Assembly: GCF_964355755.1 (NCBI RefSeq)
Contig: NC_092675.1
Span: forward strand, 19,440,912 to 19,504,911
Length of the DNA: 64,000 bases
From: Antedon mediterranea
Lineage: Eukaryota; Animalia; Echinodermata
Direction of reading: 5' to 3'
Each line of letters opens with the position of its first letter. Positions within the stretch are counted from its first letter, which is position 1. Shown here one piece after another: positions 27,200 to 39,140 of the stretch. Made by a program: the position numbers and the translations under genes. The notes under the pieces were generated by a model. It did not search any database, was not told the origin of the DNA, and saw nothing but the letters and a program-made list of their open reading frames with translations.

Positions 27200-27400
27200 C
27201 ATGGCGGTTAAGACAGTGGAACCGCAAGACCGTAATGGTTAGAGCCTCACTCGCTCCATGGTTCTGGTGGTAGAACGAGTCTTCTCGAAAAAAGACTATA
27301 AACCGTAGGTCCAGCATACACATCTAGCTATGTGCACTCAACCTAGTACAGTACATCTTTCGAGACGAATAGGTGGTTAGCTCGATGTACTAGACTATGA
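27200..27400 (+). mobile_element. SINE copy with Deu/Nin-like domain
   Basis: ggcggttaag..ggtagaacgagtcttctcg..taaaccgtaggtccag..tttcgagacgaataggtggtt; same family as 7470-7670 (-). Confidence 0.5.
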
Positions 27401-27763
27401 TCGTCGCCAGTTTACTGTATTTAGGTGGCTAGGGTTATGGTCTATGCTACATGCATCTGTTATTACAAAATGTCCCTATGATGATACTATAGCCTAAATA
27501 TTATAATATTTAGGATACAGTATCATCATAGAGAGATACGCTACAGTACCAATCCAATAATTGGCCTTTTTCTGTCAGAAGTTTCTAAATTTAATTACCA
27601 ATAGTTGTATAAACATCATATCGAAGTATCGTGTTAATAATATGACGTCAATTTTATTTATGTAGGCCAAGCAATTCTGAAATCTAAATACTAAATATTT
27701 AAATACAACGTCATATCTCCTTTCCGCTGTTAGCAATTATTTGATGAAATGCAATCAGACGTT

Positions 27764-28125
27764 AATAGAAGATGTTTGTGTTGATCAAATTATTATTTAT
27801 GATTAAATTTAAGTAATATAATATCATTTGTTGTATGGAATATAAATTATAGCTACCTGGGGTTATTCTTTATTCGAGTTTGAGAATTTTGTTGGTAATA
27901 TTAGTAAGTTTCATACAGAATCATTGTACCTTGTCAATAGAAGATGTTTGTGTTGATCAAATTATTATTTATGATTAAATTTTAGTAATATGACATCGCC
28001 CGGAAACAAATTAACTGTGATTTATTCTTAATAGGCAATATAAATTGTAGCTCCCTGGGGTTATATTCGAGTTTGAGCATATTTTTTTTAATCATTTATT
28101 AGGAAGTTTCACGTTACATTTTACC
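27764..28125. repeat. Local tandem duplication (~172 bp, diverged)
   Basis: aatagaagatgtttgtgttgatcaaattattatttatgattaaattt occurs at ~27764 and ~27936, with further downstream matches. A 21-bp x3 repeat follows at ~28295-28358. Confidence 0.85.
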
Positions 28126-29351
28126 TTGTGCATCACCACCAACGCAATATTTCAAATAATTGGAAGCTTCTTGGGAAGAATTAATCTAGGCAGCCAAGAC
28201 TCGTTTTAGTTTATATGTAAAACAACAACACCCCTACCTCCTCTTCTACTATGCTACCAATAGACGGATTACGATGTTATTATTGATGGAATGTCCGTAA
28301 TAATTGACGTCTCATCCGTAATGATTGACGTCTCATCCGTAATGATTGACGTCTCATCAGTACGCACATAAACATCATCATATTATTATTTCATTCTGGA
28401 GTGATGGCTGAGGAACCTTTTTTTATCCATGTCTACAATCAATCTTGTTCATCAAAATTACATCATCAAGGGGTTCCGAGAATTTGAAACGTTCATGCAC
28501 CAATTGTAATTGAGGCAATACCTACGTCATTTCTAAACATGCAGTGACCGATTATAGACCTATTTTGTATACAAAAAATCATTTTTTATACGTAATTCTA
28601 CTGTTTACGTCACATCAGTGAATATCATGTTTTCTTTTTGTAACACAAATAGCTAACTAATTCAGTTCTTGGCCTACTAAAAGTATTTTAATGAAATAAT
28701 GTATTAGTCTATTATCTGATATATAGACGTGGGCTGTGTCTTACGAACGTGAAATGCCATTTGATTCGAGTTGATGCACATAAAAGCGCAAATGATCCAA
28801 TTATTTAGCCATTAAGATCCTATACCTGGGTCGTAAGAAATGGTTGTTACTGCGTCGTATACCGTAAAATCTGGAAATTGAATACGAGAATCAATCAATC
28901 AACGCATTGTTCAATAGTTATTACATTTAATATTCTTATCCAATCGGTCAATAAATTAAATGTCAACACATCATTGGTGCTTGATTATAATATCCACGAA
29001 TGCAATTAATTTGTATGGTAATTAGCAAAGTTGATTTGCTTTTTTATATGTTCTAGTTTATTATCTGTTTGGAATATAATAATAATTATTATTACTTTTA
29101 AAAATATGGAGATACCTGCCTCTCGAAAACGTTTGCCATTAATCGATGGAATGCATCAGTAATGTGTACGACAATAATGTGGTCCCACAGTGTTAGCACT
29201 GCGATTGACTGTGGAACCAGAAATGGTAATACAATTTTAATACTGTTGACTTCTAACTTTGTTCAGATGAAGTAGGTTGATTAAAGTTCGCCTACAGCTG
29301 CGTGTAACCCAAGTCTGGATCGATGCATTTTCTTTTGGAACTGGAATTGGA

Positions 29352-29820
29352 AGTTTTTGAGTGAACAGTTTTTGAGTGAACAGTTTGTGAGTGATCAGTT
29401 GTGAGTGAGCAGCTTGTGCATGGACGGTGTGTGAGTGAATTTTCTGTGGATGAGCAGTTTGTGAGTGAACAGTTTGTGAGTGATCAGTTGTGAGTGAGCA
29501 GCTTGTGAGTGGACGGTCTGTGGGTGAGCAGTTTGTGAGTGAACAGTTTGTGAGTGAACGGTTTGTGAGTGAACAGTTTATGAGTAAACGGTTTGTGAGT
29601 GAACAGTTTGTGAGTGAACGGTTTGTGAGTGAACTGTCTGTGGGTGAGCAGTTTGTGAGTGAACGGTTTGTGAGTGATCAGTTGTGAGTGAGCAGTTTGT
29701 GCGTGGCGGTCTGTGGGTGAGCAGTTTGTGAGTGAACAGTTTGTGAGTGAACGGTTTGTGAGTGAACAGTTTATGAGTGAACGGTTTGTGAGTGAACGGT
29801 TTGTGAGTGAACAGTTTGTG
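29352..29820. repeat. Minisatellite, 15-bp unit gtgagtgaac[a/g]gttt, ~30 copies
   Basis: Directly visible. It accounts for the repetitive ORFs at 29484-29957. Confidence 0.95.
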
Positions 29821-29963
29821 ATGTTGATGAATCCTCTTATTGTTGTATGGAATTTATCTTTCATTTCACATATAAAGCACGACTGTAGATTAGCTTCCTG
29901 GATGTTGCATTTCATATAACATGCGTAGGCCTTTTTCCCAGGCACATTTATCGACAAACTTGT

Positions 29964-30262
29964 TTCCTCCTACGGCTGTCAAATAATAAAGTGCAATGAC
30001 AGCTGATCAGCATGCAGCCTTTAAAATCATATAACATGCTATATTCATTCATATTTTAATATTTTAACACTTAAAAGTGCTTTTAATAGGAATACCATAC
30101 AAATGTTATTGTAACTGTAACTTCCTCCTACGGCTGTCAAATGATATAGTGCAATGACAGCTGATCAGCACGCAGCCTTTAAAATCATATAACATGCTAT
30201 ATTCATTCATATTTTAATATTTTAACACTTAAAAGTGCTTTTAATAGGAATACCATACAATA
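29964..30262. repeat. Near-perfect tandem duplication (~158 bp) upstream of the GPCR
   Basis: ttcctcctacggctgtcaaat...aataccatacaa occurs at ~29964 and ~30122. Confidence 0.9.
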
Positions 30263-30471
30263 ACAATGTTATATATAATAATTCTGTATGTAGTTTCATA
30301 ATTAATTGAAAAAAAAAAGTGTTTTAACCGTCCGTTGTAAGAATAAAAGACACGACGAAGACCATTTTTGATACTAGAAGGTATGTTGTCAAATAAATAT
30401 ATCGTTTACAATGTTCTTTTACACGTTTTTTGCTAACACAATCTAATTTTATTTTTTAAAGGATTCACGAA

Positions 30472-31566
30472 ATGATAATTGATGAACAAGAAACGACGAC
30501 TAACACTCCTACCTCGGAGTTACTTAGGACTACCGTCATGAGAAACATGTGTAACTTTAATGCGAGTTACCCACCTTTCAAGCTTACTGATACTGAAAGA
30601 TACTTATCGATCATAATGTTTCCTATAAGCGTTATTGTCTTACTCGGTAACGCCTGGATTTTCCAAACAATCGTGAGGATGAAGTCACGAAAAAAGTATT
30701 ACCACATTATTGCGAGCCTGTCAATGACTGATTCATTTTTAATGATAGCGTGCATATTTGTAGCAGTTGAATGTTTGAAGAATAATCGTAGTTTTATATA
30801 TTTAGACTATTTACCCGACGCTCGATGGGTCATCGCTTCGTACTTCGAAGTCACGTCGTTACTACACGTTATTCTACTAGCGTGTGAACGTTGCGTTGCT
30901 GTGAAATATCCGTTTAAGCATCGTCAATTACAGAAAAAGCAATTTATCTACGTTATCATAATGCTTTGGATTGCATCGATTGGAATTAATGCATGTCTGT
31001 ATGTTTCTGGGCATTTCGGCTACGCAGACTGTCATTACGGTACAGTGTATCTCAACAACGGTATTGTAGCATTGACTATCGTTATTGCAGTTACGTTTCA
31101 CATAATAATTTACAGAACTGCTACAAACTCTACAAGTCGTATTGTGGGGAGCATAAACAGAAAAACTCTCAATCGGAATAGGTCGTTGAGCCGACTTAGT
31201 GGAAGTGATATTAAGGCTGCCAGAACTACAGCCATTATTCTTTCTGGATTTGTAGTCTGCGTAACGCCATATGTTATTTGTTCAAACATTGCCTATTTTA
31301 CTAAGGACTTTGATGCAATTAACTCACCAATGCTTGCTATTGGCTATTTTCTAGCTATATTTAACGTTGTCATAAATACAATAGTATACGGACTTCTGAA
31401 CGCCGAGTTAAGACGCGCGGCGTTGGGATCATTGAAGGCGTTGTGCCGCAAAGGTGAAGCGGCACACAGCTATACGCGGAGACCGTCTGACACGATTTAT
31501 CGTTTACGTATCAATCAATTAGAACAGTGTAAAATAGGTGGTGGTAACGAAAAGTGCTCAATTTAG
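30472..31566 (+). CDS. Rhodopsin-family (class A) orphan GPCR, 364 aa, single coding exon
   Basis: Seven hydrophobic segments with GN (TM1), SLSMTD (TM2), ERC in place of DRY followed by AV.YPF, W (TM4), F..C.TP (TM6), and NTIVY plus helix 8. A probable 81-bp 5'-UTR intron lies at 30381-30461 (gtatgt..gctaac..aaag). Confidence 0.9.
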   Translation: MIIDEQETTTNTPTSELLRTTVMRNMCNFNASYPPFKLTDTERYLSIIMFPISVIVLLGNAWIFQTIVRMKSRKKYYHIIASLSMTDSFLMIACIFVAVECLKNNRSFIYLDYLPDARWVIASYFEVTSLLHVILLACERCVAVKYPFKHRQLQKKQFIYVIIMLWIASIGINACLYVSGHFGYADCHYGTVYLNNGIVALTIVIAVTFHIIIYRTATNSTSRIVGSINRKTLNRNRSLSRLSGSDIKAARTTAIILSGFVVCVTPYVICSNIAYFTKDFDAINSPMLAIGYFLAIFNVVINTIVYGLLNAELRRAALGSLKALCRKGEAAHSYTRRPSDTIYRLRINQLEQCKIGGGNEKCSI

Positions 31567-32590
31567 TCCATTACGGTATCAATGTTATGTTTTATTTATT
31601 CATTTTTTATATCAACAATATTTACAGAGTGAGATCCTTCCATTTGTTTGTTTTTTGGGAATGGAATATACCTCTGGATGATAGCTTTATTTATCCACAT
31701 CCACGATGTGGTCTCAGACATATTTTCACGACATGAAATGTATTTTTCGAACTTGATCTTCGACTTGTTTTTGCGTTAGGAATGAAATAATAAATCTTGT
31801 GGAATAATGACAGATAAATCATGTTATAGACCTATCTGGTTATTTAACCCGTCACGTTGTCCAAACATATTTTGTTAGGCCTATATATGACATGTGGACT
31901 GTTGTAAAGGTATTACATACTTACACTTAAAACATTATAGATTATTTAAACATTCTAATATATCATTACACTGTACGTATTTAATTTTTTACCTTTGTTG
32001 GTTCTGATTTTACTTAAAATGAGACCATCTTCGTTATTAAGTCCGCCTGCGCTAGACGTTGTTTGACCTATGACAGGCCTCTGTTGAAAAGGCGTCTATA
32101 GGCCTAAACATAATCTGTTACATGCAATAATGTATAAGTTGGACCATCATATAGACCTAGTTATCAATCATTTTATTCCAAGCTGTTAATTAATGACACA
32201 TGGTAATTAACGCGAAAAGGAAGTCATTGGTGAATGAACCTTGACATCTATTAATGGTCTAATTTTAGATTGCGATTCCTTTGTGTTTTTTTAATAATTT
32301 TAAAATATTAAATTAATTGAAGATTCAATTTGCATTCGTAAATGATAGGGCTAGTGGATTGCCGTGCCGTAAGCTATTAATTAAACGTACAAGGAACGTA
32401 AACTTAGTAGTCTTATGTATTACTTTAAAATTAAATCGAATTCGTTCATTAGTTTAACAAGGGAAGAGTTAAATAACAATAATAGTAATTTAACTCTTCC
32501 CTTAACATTCCGTTATAACATATAAACCTTTGAAACAACATTGATATTATCCCACTTATTTCCCATTATATATATTTTAACTTACAATCG

Positions 32591-32860
32591 TTAATGTATT
32601 GTCATCCAAAACATGAAAAATGAAGATTAATTTTGCAATTTTAATCAAGTTATTCACTTCTGTAAAAAAACACCAAAAAATAATTATTTCACTTATAAAA
32701 AGAACCAAAAACCATTGTCTGACAGACATTTTAAGTATTTTTTACTTTGAATTAAATTTTTCAGGTAAATTTGTTCTCTTATTACGTGACATTAAAATAG
32801 CCTATTCAACAACAAATTTGAAAAAAAAAGTAGTTTTTTAGGGAGACAATATATCTTTAA
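32591..32860. mobile_element. TTAA-flanked non-autonomous DNA transposon remnant (Kolobok/piggyBac-like); second copy at ~55830-56254
   Basis: Both copies share caaaacatgaaaaatgaagattaatt..tcacttataaaa..tttcaggtaaat..gacaata[t/c]atcttt. The ends are imperfectly inverted. Confidence 0.5.
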
Positions 32861-33405
32861 CCGACAACTATTCGTAATAAAAATAGTATTTTGCTATATA
32901 AAAACTGACTATTCGTCCGTTTAATTATGTTTCCACTTAAGATGCCTAAAATGTAGGCGAGAGTCAATTTCAGTGATATTCCTATCTTTTAACACTAGAT
33001 CAAAAGTTTAAACCCGGAGCCACCCTTTAAAGGTATGATTTTACATTTTAACACAATGAAAGGAAATAGAGTTGTCCTCGTACTGTTTTTCTTTTTGGAT
33101 TGGTTTTGTAAAACTGTCTTGAAATACGGATACTAATTAAAGGTCATTGGTTATAGGTATGTCAATGTCATCAGCAAGTTAATAGTAAAATATAAGCTGT
33201 GTTAGTGGATCAATCAATAATTGGAAATATTAGAAATACTATAAAGACTTATGGTGAATTGATGACTTAACGTTTTTTTAAATAAATTAATGTATCTGTT
33301 TCTTTCCCTTTATGGGCTAAGGTTTAAAAAACAAATAGAACTGAAGTCCAATTCTAAATATTTTTTTATACAGTATTGTTATATTATGGAACGCAGAAGT
33401 ATGGT

Positions 33406-34060
33406 ACTTTTTTTTTTTTTTTCATTTCAACACATACATAACGTAACTATTAAAACGAATAAAAGAAACACGATAAAATACTCTCTCAAAAATAAGAGAG
33501 TAATGAAATTAAAGAAAAAAAATAATGTATCGCAAAAATACACTTTATAATAGTCATTTTGTAAATAATATGGTTGCCTTGTATTTTTTGTAAATGTGAA
33601 ATAAGTGATTATAATTAAGTAATTGTTTTTTGATTTTGCAACTAAAAATGTACCACTTTGTAATTAAATTAAATTTTTGCATCACTGTGTGTTTTTCCAA
33701 AACCAAAACATATACTTTCTTTGGTAATAATTAAGTTATTGTTGATATTTCGATACATATATTGTTTTACATGTTCCCATATTTTCTTTACTAGATCACA
33801 TTCAAAGAACATATGAAGCAGTGTTTCCTGCTTTTCCTTGCAAAAACTACACATTGGTGAATAGACCTTTGACATCTTAAAGAGCATTGTATTTGTCTAA
33901 ATTATACGATGAATAAATTTAAATTGAATATTTTTTAGCCTAGTGTCATTTGTACAGGCGTGTAAATTTGAGAAAAGGTTTTTCCAATTAAGTTCGTTGT
34001 CAAATTCCTTTACCCATTTTGATTCAATTCCAATTGGCTCTTCAACATTTTCGCGCCGCG
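33406..34060 (-). mobile_element. 3' end of a decayed L1/Tx1-type LINE (zf-RVT region and poly-A)
   Basis: KW..W..L..IQFKFIHRII*..CSFCKEKQETLLHMFFEC..W. The T-run at ~33407-33422 would be poly-A on the minus strand. Confidence 0.8.
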
Positions 34061-34946
34061 GCTCTAGCCAGCTATGTCCCAGGAGGACACATTCATTAAT
34101 AAGCTGTTTCATAGCGGTAGCTTTAGTATCTAAGGCTGACAGTTTTGTGAATTTGGAAACTCGACTATAATTTATAGGTAGCTGCTGGACCCAAACAACG
34201 TCTGGGAGAAGAGAGTCTATATGAAAGCCTTTGCTGATAATACAGTATTATTGAGATGTAGACGGAAATCTGTAAAATCTTGTTCAATAAATAATAACTT
34301 CGTTTTTGCTGTCAACCAGGCCGGTATTATAATAAGTCACTGTCAAATAATCATTCGATAATGGTCAAAACTTTATTTTGGCTCTGTCAACATAAAGGGA
34401 GGTATTTACAATGACTTTCTTTTGACTGTCAATCTAGGCCAATGTTATAATAATACGCCGTCAGATATTAAATCATTGAAACAGTCCTGGTAATTTTTTT
34501 TTTGGTTATCAGATGCCGTGGGGGGGGGGGGGGGGGTCCAATCAATTATCGTCAGAAGGTGAACAATCAGTCTAGGTAGCAGCAGCAGATTATTATTAAC
34601 GCCTGCTCCATTAATTAATCCAGAAAAAGGTTTGTACATTATCTATTTGTTTATTAGCCTTCTCCTAACACAATTATATTTTCTTTAAAAAAAGGTTTTA
34701 TAAGTGGTTTCAACATTTATGATAGTAATGTCACAGTTCTGTGTCTGGACGCAAGTTCATAGACCTGCTAGTTATATTATTCATATTAACTGATACTTAC
34801 TCTTCATTTACCGTAAAGTTCAGTTTTAATGAAATATATAATATAAATTGGCTTCGTAACAATTAATTAGTGTTGAAAAGGTTAGTTTTTTGGTGATAGG
34901 TGAAAATGACATGTAACTTCGTAATCAATTTATTTTTTTTGTATAA

Positions 34947-35307
34947 AGGCCCAATTACACTATGACGATAACGACGGACGATAAATATATAGCATGCATT
35001 TTTTTTACATAAACCAAAAGAAATTAGAAAGGTTTTCGTTCTAGACCTATAGGATAATCATTTATGCTGTCTTTGATAAAAATAATGTTTTTCAAATTCC
35101 AATCAAATGACTTCATGATAAATAAAAACAATAAAATCGCTGTATTGTCACGATATTATTGGTCTTACTAATCATGGCGTCATTTTATTGGACGTGTGAA
35201 AATATAATTTTCATCAAAGGAATTGTTTATATTTCTTTTGGTTTATGTATTAAAAATGCACATTTGTCTATTTATCGTCGATCGTTATCGTCCTAGTGTA
35301 TGGGCCT
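34947..35307. mobile_element. MITE with long imperfect TIRs (Harbinger-like ends)
   Basis: aggccca..tacactatgacgataacga..acataaaccaaaagaaat is mirrored by atttcttttggtttatgta..tcgttatcgtcctagtgtatgggcct. Confidence 0.75.
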
Positions 35308-35617
35308 TATGCTGTAAATGTTCAATTAATTGATCATTCCGATTTTATTAGTTGTCTTGCACAGTTGCTGTCTAATCGTTGTAGTGTAATATCATTTAGA
35401 ACCATATTAAAATCATAAAGAGATTCATATTCCTTAACATGTGGCTGTGCATGGAAGTCCGGTCTACAAAAACTCGGGCCCGGGATCATTGTTATTGGGC
35501 CTGAAAGTGTTGGTGAATTCATAATTATACTTAATATTATATTTATATATATATATATATATATATATAATTATATTATTGAAAGCAAAACCCGTTGAAT
35601 CTCAAATCATTAGGACT

Positions 35618-38078
35618 AGAAATTTGGCTTATCAATCAAATAAATACTTTCGTTCAAAATGAAACTCCAACCTCTCTAATCAAAAGATTGAACTCGAAAA
35701 CGGACCGTTTTTTTAATTGGGTATGTTGAAACATTTCAATATTCATTTAAAAAAGTACATTAATTATGGTATTGATCAGTGGCTATAGAGGCGTAAAAAC
35801 CCTCGATCAATATCATGTAAAATGCACTGTGGAAGGGTCATTATTAAGACTGCAAAATTGGGCTTATCAACAAATAAATACTTTCGTTGAAAATGTAAAA
35901 TCAAGGCTGAAAAATTGGGCTTATCAACAACAAAATATTTTATTATTAGACGCGATAACATCAAGGATAATCAGTATAATTATTAATATAGCCACTGTTA
36001 TTAGTTTTATTCTACATGCTAAAGTAAATAAAAATCCACTATAAAACAAACCAGTCTGAATGTTATGCTTATTAGCCACTAGCAATTATACTACCCGCCC
36101 CAGGGCGGGTTTCAAAATTAGTTTACAGCCTTCTCAGTACATAACAACCGACGGCAGTATCTGTCTATACTCACCAACCTCCACCCCTCTTCAATAACAC
36201 CCCATACTCTTTCTTAAAAACAAATTCTTCCCAGTGATGGACAAATTCAATTCAACCTAAGCTTCGAATTGAGAGGAGTATGCATAGCTACGATGGGTCT
36301 AATAATGGTTGAAGTACGTTGTAAATTGTGTAAATAAATAGATGTCATATTGGCAGATAATTAAAATATGTAATTTAGATACTGCGGTCCCCCAGCCTTC
36401 TTTCTCCTTTCAGCACCTCAGCAGCCACCATCAACAAACCTTAACTCCTCCCCTGGACAGTTCAAATTTAGTAACTTTTCCTAGTACAATCCAATCATAT
36501 AGGCTACTTCATTACGCTAGTATTTTCGCTCCTCCTCCCCCTACAAACACACCCCAGATACACTGGGTGATGTGTTGAAGCCGGTTCCAGAACAAATTAT
36601 GTTATTATCACTCCCAACCCATAATCCCTCAGTGGCAGTTTTCAAATGTAGTTTAAAACATCCAAATACAGTTTCGGTCATTGTGATAGGCCTACATCCC
36701 CACCCCAAACTCCCATCCGCTTCCCAGGGATGATTAAATACTTTAACATTTTCCAACCACAATTCTGGTGTAAGCAATCAAAATCCCCACTATCACCTGA
36801 ACCCAAACTCCCAAACCCTATCTCCCAACCCCACTGGGTCTGTAATGAGACAATCCAAGAGACCGATACATAGCTGGATAATGGTAAAAGTACTTTGCTA
36901 AATGTGTAATTGAATAGGTGTCATATTGGTTAATGAATAAAATATCTATATCTATATCTATATTTCCCCAAACGCCTTGCTGAGGATAATTAAAATACTG
37001 TAAAACTTTTGTAGTATAATTTTACAATTCGATAGCCTACAACCCCGAGCCCTAGCAAAAAATGACATCACAAACCACCACACCACCCCCCCCCCGCCCC
37101 CACCCCTCCCACAAAAACCCCAGGAGTCGGGGAAATTTTTTTAAATGTAGTTTAAAACCTTCCGGGTACAATTGCTATCATTTTGTTACCCCATACGTAT
37201 GGTTACGTGCAGAAACAGAAATTTTTTATAACGAACAAACATCGAAAGTGGGGGTTTTTACCACATTTTGGTCCCTAACTTGGATCCTAGGTGGCGGATG
37301 ATGTTGAAATATAGCTTAGAACATTCCCGGTACAATTGCGGTCATTTTGATACCCCATATGTAAGATTATGTGCAGTAACAAAATTTTGTATAACGAACA
37401 AACAAACAAACAGACAGACAGACAAACTCTCTCACTTATAATATAGATGTTATGTTTGTTACTGTAGGCCTATGATTGTTTGCAATGTCCACATATTATT
37501 TCCGTGGGCATATCCATAGTGTATCACTCACAAAAAAGACGTGTGAGGTTCTTTCTTTAGATTTTGAAGAATGATTTGTGTTACAGGTTGACACATGAGT
37601 CAAATGCTCAAGATATCGGCTAACGCCATGGGACCCTTGGCTTATCAATGAATAATAAATACAGTACTACTTTCGTTCAATTGAAATCAGAATCTGACCG
37701 TTTCATTAAATTGGGTGTGATTAGGCCTAAACATATAATAATTTATTAAAAAGGTACAATAAAAACAAATGCATCAGAGGCGTAAAGAACCCACGGTCAA
37801 TATCATGTAAAATGTATATGGTATAAGCACTGTGGAAGGGGTCATTATTATTAAACTGGAAAATTTGGCTTATCAACAAATAAATACTTTCGTTTAAAAT
37901 GTAAAATAAGACTGCAAAATTGGGCTTATCAACAAATAAATACTTTCGTTCAAAATGTAAAATAAGACTGCACAATTGGGCTTATCAACAAATAAAATAC
38001 TTTTTTTTTTCAAAATGTAAAATTAAGACTGGAAAATTGGGCTTATAAACAAATAAATACTTTTTTTCAAAATGTAAG
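35618..38078. repeat. Duplicated segment (35618-35935 and 37638-38078) ending in ~54-bp tandem units
   Basis: Both parts share agaggcgtaaa..tcaatatcatgtaaaatg..gcactgtggaaggg and repeats of aaattgggcttatcaacaaataaatactttcgtt. Helitron copy 2 lies between them. Confidence 0.8.
36079..37447 (-). mobile_element. Non-autonomous Helitron, copy 2
   Basis: Same termini as 15329-16195, with an A|T target. It has a (GTCT)n(GTTT)n microsatellite near the 5' end and extra internal repeats. Confidence 0.85.
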
Positions 38079-38104
38079 AAAACATTTTTTAAATATATTT
38101 CTTA

Positions 38105-38258
38105 AGCTATGTCTATACTATCAAACTAAATATGATGTGCCCATATTATATAGACATGACGATGTCATATCACTACGATATTCGGGCATATCACTACCAT
38201 ATTTGGGCACATCACACTTTTTTTGTTAAACTAGTTGAGACAGTGTAGACACAGAACT
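38105..38258. mobile_element. Short MITE, same family as 61018-61165 and 61412-61555
   Basis: agctatgtctatactatcaaact...gacagtgtagacacagaact with internal gatgtgccca / tgggcacatc. Confidence 0.75.
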
Positions 38259-38726
38259 ATGTGATCGAAACATAAGTCGGAATTGGACTGACGCGATTGA
38301 TTTAATTGGGTGTTTTTATTAATGTAATGATTCATTAAAAACTATAATACCGATACGCGTTTGGTATTGATCAATGGTGCAAAAAACCCTGAGAAATAAT
38401 GTTATAACGCGATTTGGTGATAGCTTAGCAATAATACAACCCATATACTATTATTATAAATACCTATATTACAAATCCATTCATATAACTTTTCATCGCG
38501 AACCGAAAATGTATAAATGTTATTCTACAGACAGTAATTATATATTCAAAAGCCTTATTATTATTATCAATACCTAAATGCGATAGTAATAACCACATAA
38601 ACATACATTATTCCCAATACAAGTTTGTGCGTTTAATTCTAGAAAGAAACGACTGTGCTGACAGGCCAATGACATAAATCACAAGTAAAGTCCCAATTGT
38701 TCACTTGCGTTTTGATTGGCCGACCT

Positions 38727-39140
38727 ATTTTTTTTTTTTTTCTTTTTTTCTTAGGTATATTTATTCATAAAAAGACATCAAAATACAACGGCAGCCAAAA
38801 GGCTGAAAAGTAGTATTTTACAAAATTTGATAAAAATATATAAATACAGTATGTATAAAAGGTAAAACTAGTTTAAAAAAATTAACACATTAAAATTGGT
38901 CCACCTGTAAGTTAAAATAGTGCCAGCCTATTCAATATTCATCATTAATGAGTCGGACTAAAAAAGGGACTGGTGAAGATCTAAATCTTTCTGTACGACC
39001 AAACGGGATTTCGAGTAGAGGCTTACTTGCAGACCTCAGGGTTCTGCTAATGTCACGAACAGGGGGAAGAATGCTTCTAAATGTATCAGACTTTATTATT
39101 CCTTTACCAAATTTCAGTAAGAGTTGGACTCTTCTGTTAA
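38727..39140 (-). mobile_element. 3' part of a CR1/L2-like LINE fragment interrupted by the Academ element
   Basis: Minus strand translates NRRVQLLLKFG..RTERFRSSPVPFLVRLINDEY*, followed by a tail and T-run. The tail resembles ~22440-22550. Confidence 0.7.

Noticed and set aside
29484-29957. Repetitive ORFs here and at 909-1094, 25490-25963 and 63575-63940
   Set aside because: They are translations of minisatellite or MITE arrays.
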